Below are positions 1 to 10,719 of a stretch of 20,000 bases of DNA, piece after piece. Each line of letters begins with the position of its first letter. The first letter of the stretch is position 1. Origin of the DNA: Vicugna vicugna (lineage: Eukaryota). The DNA lies in NCBI GenBank assembly GCA_013265495.1, contig MU058287.1, positions 671,873-691,872 of the forward strand, written 5' to 3'. The translations under genes were made by a program, and so were the position numbers. The notes beneath the pieces were generated by a model. It did not search any database. It was not told the origin of the DNA and was given only the letters and a program-made list of their open reading frames with translations.

Positions 1-2149
1 TCTTTCACCCCAATATTAAGTAGAAGAAAATGCTCCAGTCTGCCTGCAAGTAAATGTCAAAGGAAAGGCCAAAGACTCCACAAGGAAATAAATCAAACAT
101 CCCTATATTATTTTTAATAATATAGTTTGTTGCCAGGTTTAACAAATGACTCAATTTAAAACAGAATTATGGTAAAAGGAATTTTTCAATCCATTTCATT
201 TTCCTTTGTTATGATAACTGTTTCCCTCTTGAGTTATTTATAATTTCTCAGCACTTAAGGAGTTCTCCATTCATTTTCCTACTTCATTTTCCCATTCTCT
301 TTCCTGCTCTATTTTCTTTGACTTTTCGTTTTACTCATCAGTCCAGTAGTATTTATGTTATTGGAGTCCGTATGTTGAAGCTATAAAACGAATAGAAGCA
401 GTTTGCCATGCTGTAGCGGATCAATGTGGTTTACTAACCACAGTGAGTTAAGTAATGGACATTTTAAAATTGAGCCTTGCTATAGTTTTATATATTATTA
501 ACCCAGTTTCAAAAGAGCTTTTTATTGTATGAAATATCAAAGAGTAAGGTTGGGCAGAACTCCAGAGAGTACTATAATAGTAATGAGCCGCTGGCATGCG
601 GGAAATCTTTCTCAACCAGGCTTTTAAAGTCAAGTTGGCCTGTCTAGATGATCTCTATTCTCCAAGTGAGTTGTTTTCTTTCTTGAAGGAAAGAAATATT
701 TTAGTAGCATATTTATGCTGCAGTTGATATTATTAAGACAACCTAACAATGAAGTCTGAAGAATGGAACTGTTCAGCCTATGGGGTTCTTTCCTTGGAAG
801 TGTTTTATCTGGCTGTTTGTGAGCATAACTGGAATGGAACCCAAGGAAGGATTTAAGTGACCATCATTGTGTAGAAGGGACAGTTTGGAGATGAAAAAAG
901 TCACGTTTAGCTTTCCAAGGAAGAATGAAAGCAGTGTCTAATTTTGACAACAAAACCAAACCAAAAAGGCTCATGGTTTTTGATAATAGGTTCCTGGGAA
1001 ATATTTGTTGAATTAAATTTTAGATAAACTCAAAGTCAGTCCATAAGGCCCTGAAACACAGAGAGTGTATCTTACTAGATGCCTGATGCAATACCTAGGA
1101 AAAAAGAAAGAGCGAATTCTGGGTAGTTCTTTCCTGCTCCTGTGAGACAAATAGTGCCAAACCACACTGGTGTTTGGTTATTTGAGGAACTGTTTCATAG
1201 ATCTAGAAATTTATCACACACTGATCTTAAGCGCTGTGTTGGCTTTTATTCTGCATTTTCCTGGAGGTTCGGGAAAGAGTGAAACGCCAAAGTCAACTTC
1301 AGATTTGACTCCAGCCCTTTTTTACTTCCTTCTTAGTTTGTCTAGGTGTGCTTATTCTGGAAACAAAAGACACGTTTCCAGTCTGGAGAGGCTGATAACT
1401 GGCTTATGATCTCCTGACATAATATTGTATGGCCAAGGGAAGCAGAGAAGGGAACTGGTGGAGGTCATCCAGAACATTCTGCTGAGCAGTCCCTGGGAAC
1501 TAAATGGCCATAGCTTACGACACTGTAGTCAGTCCCTGTTTGCCTCTGGGTTCTTCCAAATAGATTACTTTTGTCTGTCTGTTTGTTTTATCTCCAGCTT
1601 TTGTTCAAAGGCAATATGATTGTCTATTTGAAGAAAAGTCTATGTGTGACATGGTGTGACTTTTAAGGACACTTACTTTAACTAGGTCATCTTTTCTTGA
1701 CAGATTAGGAAACTATTCACAACATAAAATATTCAGTGGTTCTCAAATCCAAGCCCATCGCTAGTCTAATAAACATGAATCAAATGGCAGTCGATGCTGA
1801 TAGCTTCAGTTGGAGACCATAGGACAAACTATATTTTAGTATCATTCCCAGTATCATGCCTTACTTGATCTCTTTCCTAATTTTAGTGCATCTAGGTTTT
1901 TTTTTAAGTATATATTGTTATATTTTAGAACTAGTTTCTTAATTTTATTAAAATAGAAAGTAAGTTTTGGTGCTTGAAAGGTCAACTTTTGCTTATCAGG
2001 AAAAGAGATGTTCATGGAACACCTTTTACAGCATAGGTGCAAAATATTCAGATCCTCTTACACTATTTAGTTATGACCATTATTCCAACTAAATCTTCCA
2101 TAGAGAAGAAAATGTCTTAGGCCGTTGAGTTCTGCATGTATTTTTCCCC

Positions 2150-2295
2150 AATATTATATTATGAAATTTTTTTAAACATGCAGAAAAATTGAAATAATTT
2201 TAACAATGATACCCACATATCTGCATCTTACTTTATCACGTATCTGTCTGTCCATTGAGCCATCTTATTTTGGGGATGTATTTCAAAGTAGGTTT
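2150..2295 (-). mobile_element. Old L1 3'-end fragment (L1MB-like)
   Basis: ATTATGAAATTTTTTTAAACATGCAGAAAAATTGAAATAATTTTAACAATGATACCCACATAT...CCATCTTATTTT...ATGTATTTCAAAGTA resembles the recalled antisense L1MB 3' terminus. Boundaries are approximate. Confidence 0.6.
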
Positions 2296-3181
2296 ATAAA
2301 TGTATTTTCACTTGCTAAAAACATGCATATAGAAACACATAAAACAGCAAAAAGTGAAACAAACCACAAAAAATGTTTAGCTTTTCTTAACCCATTTTTT
2401 CTGAGTTGATGGCTGAAGAATATAATACTCCAGTTGCTTTCTTCTCCTTTTAGCTCATCCATGAAATGCTCTGGGCAGTACTTGGCAGGCAGGTTTCCTA
2501 TAGTGCCCACCACTGTGAAACTGCATGTATTGCTTGTGTGTTTATGGCAAATGCTTCCTGTGGCTGTTCTGAAATATCTGCCTCTCTCTGCTCTGATGAG
2601 TTTACTGAGGGCAAGATTTGTCAGTGAGCCACGTCACTTCCCTCATAACCCTCCAGCCTGTTTAAAGTGACCAGACACATTTATATCCTGCTTAATAAGT
2701 AGCCTCTAATAGGTTTTTTTAAAATAAGGAAACATTCCAAGAACTTGGTGAATTTTTTAAAACTAAGTTTAAGGTTTAACCTTGACTCTTTGTAGAAGAG
2801 TTTTCAACGACCATTTAATAAGATTCAGAGGAAGAGTCACATTGTCCTTCCTCCACACTTCACCCTCTTCCTCTAACTCCTTTAGAAGCACAATTTCAAA
2901 TGTGGGAAATGTAAGGAATTCAGTTCCTGATGTTAGAAAAGAATTCCCAAATGGTAAATCCTGTGTATGTAACTAACTACAGTTGGCCCTTCCTTTTTTA
3001 AATGTCACTGGCTGACACCTAGATGTACAATGTGCTTAATAAGGCTAAAGTATCTAAATCTATTTTCAAGGAAATGGCATTTTGTGCATTTCATGAAAAT
3101 TGGAGAGTTTGTTAGCTTTGAGTCATATTAGATATCCAATACTTTGTCTTTGAAAAGTACCTTTAAAAATGTAGCATAATC

Positions 3182-3327
3182 GGAGAGGGTATAGCTCAGT
3201 GGTAGAGTGCCTGCTTAGCATGCATGAAGTTGTGGGTTCAATCCCCAGTACCTCCATTAAGAAATAAACAAACCTAATTACCCCCCCAAAAATAAAATAA
3301 AAATAAAAAATAGAAAAACATCACTCA
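3182..3327 (+). mobile_element. tRNA-Ala-derived SINE (Vic-1-like), full length
   Basis: Contains an A box (TAGCTCAGTGG), an AGC anticodon-arm remnant (TGCTTAGCATGCA), a B box (GGTTCAATCCC), the family tail AAACCTAATTACCCC and an A-rich end. Flanked by a 17-bp TSD with 15/17 identity: AAAAATGTAGCATAATC (3165-3181) and AAAAATATACCATAATC (3328-3344), at a TT/AAAA site. Confidence 0.92.
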
Positions 3328-4884
3328 AAAAATATACCATAATCATTGTATAGGAAGAATTGACTGAAATGTTTTAATGACTATATTTTTCTTTTTATGA
3401 ATATCATCAAAGGCTTGACATTGTAAAAACCTAATTTGAATCACATGAACCACAAGTTTGGTTTTTGTCTATTATGCATAATTTACAATCCACATGCTTT
3501 AATAACCCATTTAAAGTAACTATTTGACCCTAAGGAAGTATTTTAAGGACATCAGAGGATGTGTATTTTGTGAAGCAATTAGAAAAGCCTACAATATTTT
3601 CACAGGAAGAAATCTGAATTACGATCAAATTTTGCTTGACACTCATAGGCACTTAATGAAAGCATATTAATTAGTTGTTTCTTGTTTTGCAGGGTGATTT
3701 CAGTTTATGTTCACTCTTTGTCTAAGTAACCAGACTGATCATCCTCTTTCTTATGAATTAAAATTAGTATTTCAGAAGACTGTCAAAACTTTTCTCTGTC
3801 CAGATAAGGAAAATTAATAGACAATTTAGCACGTACAGCTAGCAAATACAAATGTTGTGAATACTGAATACTGATACTTATTCACAATAAAAACAATCTA
3901 TTGGTAAGAAGTCTATCTGAATTTTTAAATAAATGTATATATTATAGAGGAGATATTTCTTTTTCAGCCTTTAAGTTGAGCCTTTACACAGTGTGATTTT
4001 CCTGCAGTAGAATTCATCACAGCACTTTCTAAAAGATAATCTTTCGTAAGCATTGGTATCCAAGAATCTGTGCTCACTTATTGAACAAATGATGAGCTTC
4101 AGGAAGCAACAGAGAGAAGTCTGTCAAATAAGCAACCATTAAATCCTGAGTAGTGTTTATTTCTTTGAAAATTCTGGACATTTTTCTCTTAATCCCATCT
4201 GTTGGACAGCATTCATTTGAGTTGGCCATTAGATTGTACTACTTGGTGAAGCACTTGAGAAAGGGAAGACTTTGGAAAGTTAGAGTCACAAGAAAATAAA
4301 TCACCTCCATCAACAGTACACCATAACCCCATTCAGAACACTCTGGTTTGAAAGCAAAGTCCAAAGAAATGATTACATTCTGCTTCTATGGAAACCAAAG
4401 CAGACAAATCAAGTATTTTGGTTGGATTTGAAAGGAAGTCAGCAACTCAGACATGCATCAGATGGTTCTAATTTGTTCTTTTGATGTGATTCAGATTTTC
4501 ACATGAAGGCCAGATCCAGTAGTAATTTTTTATCTGAATTCAAATAAATTGTGCTTATAAGCCTATGAGATGATCAGCAGTGAAAGGTTCTCACCAGAAT
4601 ATGGGCGCTCTGGTGGTTTTTTTCAGAACAGAACAAGAAGTCGGGAAGCAAAAAGATTTACAATTAGTAAATAAACCAAGCCTATGAGGGAAAAGAAAAT
4701 CTATGAATTAATGATTGATCTTTCTGCAGAATCTTTTGAAAACTTTTTAAAGATGTTAGTAGAGTGTTTGAACAATATCTGTTAAGTCAAATAATTGTGG
4801 CCAGATCTGCTTTTCTGATTTTATAATCACTTACAGTAACTAAGTCTTCATGCCTTTCCTTCCTACCCCTCAATTAATAAACAG

Positions 4885-4946
4885 AAAAGAATGAAGAAGA
4901 AGAGCAAGAAGCAAAAATGGAACTTAAACGCAGACTCAGCAGAAAG
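4885..4946 (+). CDS. PHACTR2: PHACTR2 internal coding exon (62 nt, starts in phase 1, ends in phase 0): (Q)KNEEEEQEAKMELKRRLSRK
   Basis: Acceptor ...ACAG ends at 4884 and donor AAG|GTGATG starts at 4947. Manual translation AA-AAG-AAT-GAA-GAA-GAA-GAG-CAA-GAA-GCA-AAA-ATG-GAA-CTT-AAA-CGC-AGA-CTC-AGC-AGA-AAG matches the PHACTR2 inter-RPEL linker as I recall it and joins in frame to the next exon. Confidence 0.93.
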
Positions 4947-7596
4947 GTGATGAAACTATGACTGTTAATGAGCATGTGTATTTTGAGATATACTTCATTT
5001 TTTAAATGTATATCAGCTCTCTACGTGTAGATCTCATATTTAGGAATAATTATTCCTATTACTCTACTAACTAAACCTACACATTAAAATCAATGTAATC
5101 CTTACAGTATGAATTATGTTTATATTTATAAATGCATAATATGCTGATTTTGAAAAGTTAACCATCAAAAGTCTCAAATTGCATTTGCTGATTATGAAAA
5201 TAACATGCAATCTGTGTGAGGATTGTTAATGCCAAAAGAAAAATGAAGACTAGAAAATCACGCAAACATCTCCCATTCAGATCTTTATTGACATTTCAGT
5301 GTATAATTTTAAAAAATGCTCACCCTTGCCATGTAGTCTTGGAACTATTAAATAAATAGTCGGTTATTACTGAAGATTCTGAGCTGGGTGAGTAATTTAT
5401 TAAGTGAACTTGATCACCCAGCTTGCCTGCTGCAGCGCTACCCAAACTGACAAATGTCTCACCACCAGAACTCGACAGTTGTTTCCACGCATTTGTGAAA
5501 ATATAAATCTGATACCAGAGGCTTTGCTTTTTTCTGTAATTGTTAAAATAATGATATTCTTTGGAAAAATTTGGCACTATCCAAGTTTATATTTCATTAT
5601 GAACAACTTGTTCAGTAATTCTTCAGATACACCTTTCACACTCGGATGAGACAGGATGAGTAAAATGTGATCACTGCAGTGAAGTGTGTGCCCTGACCCA
5701 CATTTATCTGGGCTGGAGTTCACAGCGAAAGCATTCTAAGGCAGGTAGAAGAAACACTACATTTCCGTGGAAAGGTTGGAGACTGTATTTTGAAAGATTT
5801 TGGTTTTGATTTTTAGGGAAAAAGATCCTTAATTCATCTCCTTTTTCCTCAAAGATCCTAAGTGTCAAACGGTAATCAAGCTGAAAAAGACTCTGTAAAC
5901 TGAATTTATAGAGATAACTCTTCTAGCCATTCAGTGGCCGTTAAGTCACCAGCTACAGCTAAGCAATAGCCCCTCCTCCCTGCTCCAGGCTCACCCCTGT
6001 CATACATGCAGTCTCTTCTCAGTCCAGTTGAGCCCTTCCACGAGGCAATAGAACTGCCTGATCCCCACTTGCCTCCACCTTACTTGTCATAGGTGCAGAA
6101 CATCCCATAGCACTAATTGTACCCCGAGACTGGTGCGGCCCTGAGGGGCAAGACGGGATTAAAAATTTCTGACCTGTGTGGCCACTGGTCACTTGCCTTT
6201 TGGGCAGTCCCCAGAAGCAAGGGTTTCTCTACCTCCTTAACCCTACCTGGCCTGGAGAGGCAGTAGGAAGCAAGCAGTATAGATAGGACAGTAACTGAGA
6301 CTACAGAAGAACCAATTCGACGATTCCCTTCTGTGTCCATCACCTACCAGGGCTTCATGAACATCGAAGGGTCTGCAGTATATTCCAGGTCAGGTGTGCC
6401 TAAGGGGTAGACCCAGGTCTTCCTAGAATCCTTGAATGCCTTGAATGTTAGAGCACTGACAGTTCACTCTCTGATTTTACTCTAGAAGAAACTGAGGAAA
6501 GGAGATGTTTCTGATCACAAAAACATCAAAAAAATTTTTTTTTGCAGACGTGCTTAATTTTTCCAAAAATTGAGCCCGTGCAAATAAGGAATGCCTCCAA
6601 AGAGGACCACTTAGACCATGGATAATCTGGCTGTATACAGAGTATATATGTGGAGAGAAAAGATACTGAAAATGGACCCAATGGGTAGAACATAGACCTG
6701 TGTCTACCTTTCTGACAATTCTATGACACCTCCCTACTGCGAAAGGTCACAGAAGCGTGACCCTCCATGGTGGAGAGCAGATGATGCCTGTCAACCAGGG
6801 GCCAGGTTTCTTAGTCTCTCGGAACCATTATGTCTTATTCTTGGGCTTGAGAAAGAACCCAGAGAGGAAAGCAAATACAGGGAAGAGTAGGTAAATATAA
6901 CTCAAAATTTGAATTTGACAAAAATTTTAGAAGGAATCCAAGTTATCAGGAGTATCTTAAAGGTTGCAGCTGGTTTTAAGCAGTTGTGGCCTCACTACAG
7001 TACAGTTTTCCAACAGGCACCCCCTCATGCCTGCACAAAGGCTTTTCTGGCCAAAGGTAAATGTCAAATCTGGGCCTGAGTCCTTAGTCCCTCACGGAAG
7101 ACTGCCATAGGCACACCCTTCACTGGAGCGCTTCTTTGTCGTAATGTTGTGCATTTCTGAATGTATAGGCTGCATATAGTAGGAACGGAGATTTTTATTT
7201 TCGTTTTACAAGCTGTGGGGCTTTTGTCTTGATAATTCAGCCTGCAAAGCAGCCGTCCTGTATCTGGGTTACAGTTGTGTCTATGCTGTTTCCTGTTCCC
7301 CGTGTCAGAGATGACAGGCGCCTTTATCACAGTGTCAGGCAAGGTGGGGAAAATAGCATAATGCAGGTGGTTGCCAAAGACTCTGACCTAGCTAACAATG
7401 GTGATTTTTATAGTCTCAAAATTAGGGCACGCTGCTTTCTAGTTCTCATTAGAAACTCCCAAGATGCTTTTTTTTTTTTTGTTATCTGAAAGTGACCTTA
7501 TTTAACCATAACTTTGAAGATCTCTATAGAAAATGTGACACCATGAGGTTGTGAATGGTTTACTGAACTCATCCTTTTTTCCCTGTCGTCCTATAG
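4947..7596 (+). other. PHACTR2: PHACTR2 GT-AG intron (2650 nt)
   Basis: Runs GTGATG...CTATAG between two in-frame exons, with a candidate branch point CTCAT at 7568-7572. Confidence 0.9.
6440..6520 (-). mobile_element. Possible degraded MIR core fragment
   Basis: ATTTTACTCTAGAAGAAACTGAGG resembles the antisense MIR core ATTTTACAGATGAGGAAACTGAGG. Confidence 0.35.
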
Positions 7597-7734
7597 CTCA
7601 GCCTGAGACCCACAGTGGCAGAGCTGCAAGCTCGAAGGATCCTGCGGTTTAATGAGTATGTAGAAGTCACTGATTCGCCCGACTACGATCGCCGGGCAGA
7701 CAAGCCCTGGGCCAGGTTAACGCCTGCGGACAAG
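7597..7734 (+). CDS. PHACTR2: PHACTR2 internal coding exon (138 nt, phase 0/0): last RPEL repeat and start of the PP1-binding domain, [46 protein letters not shown]
   Basis: Polypyrimidine tract CCTTTTTTCCCTGTCGTCCTATAG ends at 7596. There are 46 uninterrupted codons containing the RPxxxEL motif and the PHACTR RF..YVEV..DYDRR.DKPW string. The exon is CpG-rich relative to the flanking intron and ends at AAG|GCAAGG (GC donor). Confidence 0.96.
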
Positions 7735-8104
7735 GCAAGGACATCAGGGGCTTGAGCCATGATTTTATTTATTTATGATTTTATTGCTTTTCTAAAAGCT
7801 CCATTACCTACTTAGTCATCCTAGGAAACTAGGTATTACCGAATATCTCAACAATTTTCTGCCTTTGATTATTTAAGCCACTTAAGCCACTTTAGTGATA
7901 TATTTAGTAGTATCAACATAGTTCTTTCATCTGTCTCAGAAAAAACTGGTTCTTAGTTATTATGTAATCTGCCTGCGTTCAAACCTGGATTGGAGGGAGA
8001 TGCTGTCCCTCAACCATGATTTATCCTTACTTTTAGAAAATATAACTTATGTAAGTTATCCTTTTAAGGGATTTATTAACAGTGGAAAAGGTATTGATCT
8101 GTAT

Positions 8105-8323
8105 CAAGTCTGGCACACTTTTTCTATTAACTGCCAAAGAGTAAATATTTCAGTCTTTGTGGGCCATCCAGTCTTTGCTGCAATGCTCAGCTCTGCTTTG
8201 TGGCATGAATGCAGCCAGATGATATGTGAGTGAATGGATGTACATGTGGTCCAATAAAACTTTATTTATAAAAACAGATGGTGAGCCACATTTGGCCTAT
8301 GGGCCATGGTTTTCCAAACCCTA
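8105..8323. mobile_element. MER58A-like hAT-Charlie non-autonomous DNA transposon
   Basis: Follows the recalled MER58A consensus end to end (GGCACACTTTTTCT...GTAAATATTT...CCAATAAAACTTTATTTATAAAAACAG...GGGCCATGGTTTTCCAAACCCT). An 8-bp TSD ATCTGTAT (8097-8104) / ATCTATAT (8324-8331) matches at 7/8, as expected for hAT elements. Confidence 0.85.
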
Positions 8324-8713
8324 ATCTATATCACGGCTCACAGTTCAGAATAACTGAAATATATACAGGGTTCCATCATGAAGAAAGACTATTTTATGAG
8401 AACCATGGTTACATAGTTAAATAATTTTGCCAACTAATTTTTAAGAAATTCTTCACTTTATAGTTTTACTAATATCCCAAATAATGGTTTCTATTTTTTG
8501 TCTCTAAGCAAAATTTGGTATTGAATAAATTCATCCCACACCCAGTTATGTTCAGCATTTTAGTTGTTTTTTCATAGGAAGGCTAGACAAGTCACCTGGT
8601 GTATTATTTTGCAAGAGGTAGTACACACCTTTGAACAAGTTTTCTTCCATTCTCTCCTTTTACTTGTGGGCTTTTGGTCACTCACCTCTCATTTAGTGAC
8701 TCCTTGTTGACCC

Positions 8714-9434
8714 TATTCTAGTCACCATTTCTATGCAACGAATTGTACCAAAACTTAGTGGCTGAAAACATCTGTTTTATTATATCTTACAGATTTTGTC
8801 AGTTGGGGATTTAGTCAGGGCTTAGCAGGGTGATTCTTCTGCTGTTCATGAGCTTGACTTAGGTCACTCAGTGCTATTCAGCTGACAGTGGCTCCTCTGG
8901 AGGGTCTGAGATGGCTTCTTTACATGTCTGGTGTCTTGGTGAGGATGCCTCAGAGACTCGGCTTAGTGGTTGGACTCAGCTGGGACTGTCCACTAAGCAC
9001 CTACATGTGGCCTCTTCAGCATGGTGGCCTCCAAGTTGTTATGTGTCTTACGCGGTGGCTGGCTTTCCTCAGAGTAAGTGTCCCAAGAGAACCAGGTGAC
9101 AGCTGCATGGCCTTCTGACCCAGCTTCAGAAGGTACCCAGCCTCACTTCTACCATGTTCTGTCAGTTACAAGCAGCTCATAAGGTCAGCCCAGATTCAAG
9201 AGGAGGGGAATTAGCTCTGCCTTTCAGTGGGGGAGTGGTGGCAAGGTCATATTGCAGAAGAACATGTGGGCTGGAGTTATTATTGCTGCCACCTTTGGTA
9301 ATTAGGTTGGTTGGTTTGTTTTAATGGAGATCCTGGGGATTAAACCCAGGACCTTGTGCATGCTAAGCACACACTCTTACCACTGCGCTATATCCTTTCC
9401 CTGCTGCCATCTTTGGAAAATACAATTTGCCATA
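8714..9434 (-). mobile_element. MaLR solo LTR (MLT1G/H-like), interrupted by a SINE at 9299-9401
   Basis: Typical antisense MLT1 blocks: CCAAAACTTAGTGGCTGAAAACA, CAGCATGGTGGCCTC, GCCCAGATTCAAGAGGAGGGGAATTAG and the terminal GCCATCTTTGGAAAATACAATTTGCCATA. The left boundary is approximate. Confidence 0.85.
9299..9401 (-). mobile_element. tRNA-Ala-derived SINE (Vic-1-like), antisense, nested in the MLT1 LTR, with no A-rich terminal tail
   Basis: Reverse complement reads GGGAAAGGATATAGCGCAGTGGTAAGAGTGTGTGCTTAGCATGCACAAGGTCCTGGGTTTAATCCCCAGGATCTCCATTAAAACAAACCAACCAACCTAATTA. The TSD TGCTGCCACCTTTGG (9284-9298) / TGCTGCCATCTTTGG (9402-9416) matches at 14/15. Confidence 0.92.
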
Positions 9435-10719
9435 TCCACCATTCCCAGTTATCATGTTACTCAAATGTTGAACTTCAGAAAGGGAGGCTGAGGGTGAAAG
9501 GTAAATGAGTGAAAAATCACAGCAAGTGCAAAGTATACAAGCAGTGAGTCTAAATGATTGACCACCCTCATATGCAAACCACATTCTCCAAACGCTAGAA
9601 AGAGTCTTTCCTAACTCCTGTCTACTGTTGGAAGATAAAGCTTGTCCACGTCTTGCTATAACAGAGAGGATTTTTCTTCTTAATTTTGTATTGAAACAAA
9701 AATAGATTTTTGTGCTGGACTTCTAGGCTGCAGGGGAGATGTACTTGGTCAGATTTTCTTCTGCAGGCTTAGTGTCTGTTCATGAGTAATTTGAAGGCAC
9801 ATGACTTTCGAATCTCCCCTGCACATTGAACTCTGATCCCCAGAGCCCAGCCAGAGGCCCTTCTTACTCACACATGAGGCTCATTTTCTCCTTCTAGCAT
9901 TGTTTCTCCCATTTCCCTGAGACTTCTGAAGATCTAAAGGACTGCATTTTTAGAACCGTATTGTAGTTTTTTTTTCCTTGAAGGAAAATAAGAATAGTTT
10001 CTTTTAGATAGAAAAAAAATGTATAGAAAATAGAAAGAAGGCAATAATTTAAAATGCTATTAATGTGTAGTGCATTGTACACATACAAGAGACTCGTGTT
10101 CTTTGGCAGAAATCAGAATATTCAACAATACAAGAGGAAATAACAATTATAGTGCATATCAAGGCATGATATATTTAAGAATTTCTAAACCTATTGTTTT
10201 CAGCCTAACACTGAAAAAACTTTTGCTTTCTCTAGATGTTAAAAGATTTGTATAATGAAATATTACTTATTGCCCAGAGATTCTAAAACTATCAATGGTC
10301 TTAGTGTATATTTTATTTTAGAATGAAAACACATACTAATCACCCCTATTATAATAGGCATTTTTGGATTTCTGTTGCTTTTTACCTTAAAACATTTCAT
10401 AATGTATAGTGATAAAAATTTATAATGATATATTTTATCACTAAGTTAATATATATATAAACCTATAATTTACCTTTCATATTAAAAAGTTTTACATTTT
10501 CACTTTCAAGCTGTGTATCTCATTTAAAGAAAAAAACTATTGAAAGTAAATATTTCTACCTCTGCTCTCAGAATAAACACTGAACTTCTGGCCAGCCTAA
10601 AGGAGCCATCCTATCTCTCTCTTTTCTTAGTACTATTTTCTTAGTGCCACTAAGATCCCACTTTGCATTTAAAATTTTTTTTGAACTTCAAATTTGAAGA
10701 AAAGAATCAATAGCCAATT

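Noticed and set aside
147..153. AP-1 sites TGACTCA here and at 12478-12484
   Set aside because: Isolated 7-mers occurring at about chance frequency.
3182..3256. tRNA-Ala(AGC) gene-like sequences here and at 9325-9401, 18554-18630 and 18758-18835
   Set aside because: Each has stem mismatches, the shared SINE tail and flanking TSDs, and no T-run terminator directly after the tRNA part. These are SINE heads, not tRNA genes.
3675..3731. Strong-looking acceptor (TTGTTTCTTGTTTTGCAG, ending 3692) with a possible 33-nt poison exon
   Set aside because: The only nearby donor (TAA|GTAACC) is weak, and isolated acceptor-like tracts are common in introns. It cannot be supported without RNA data.
3855..3887. 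Hairpin TTGTGAATA...TATTCACAA with an internal GAATACT duplication
   Set aside because: A 9-bp AT-rich stem is too short for a pre-miRNA or MITE and is consistent with local slippage or chance.
8042..8059. ATAACTT...AAGTTAT resembles the outer ends of loxP
   Set aside because: It is only 18 bp and lacks the CGTATA arms and the 8-bp spacer. There is no other vector sequence.
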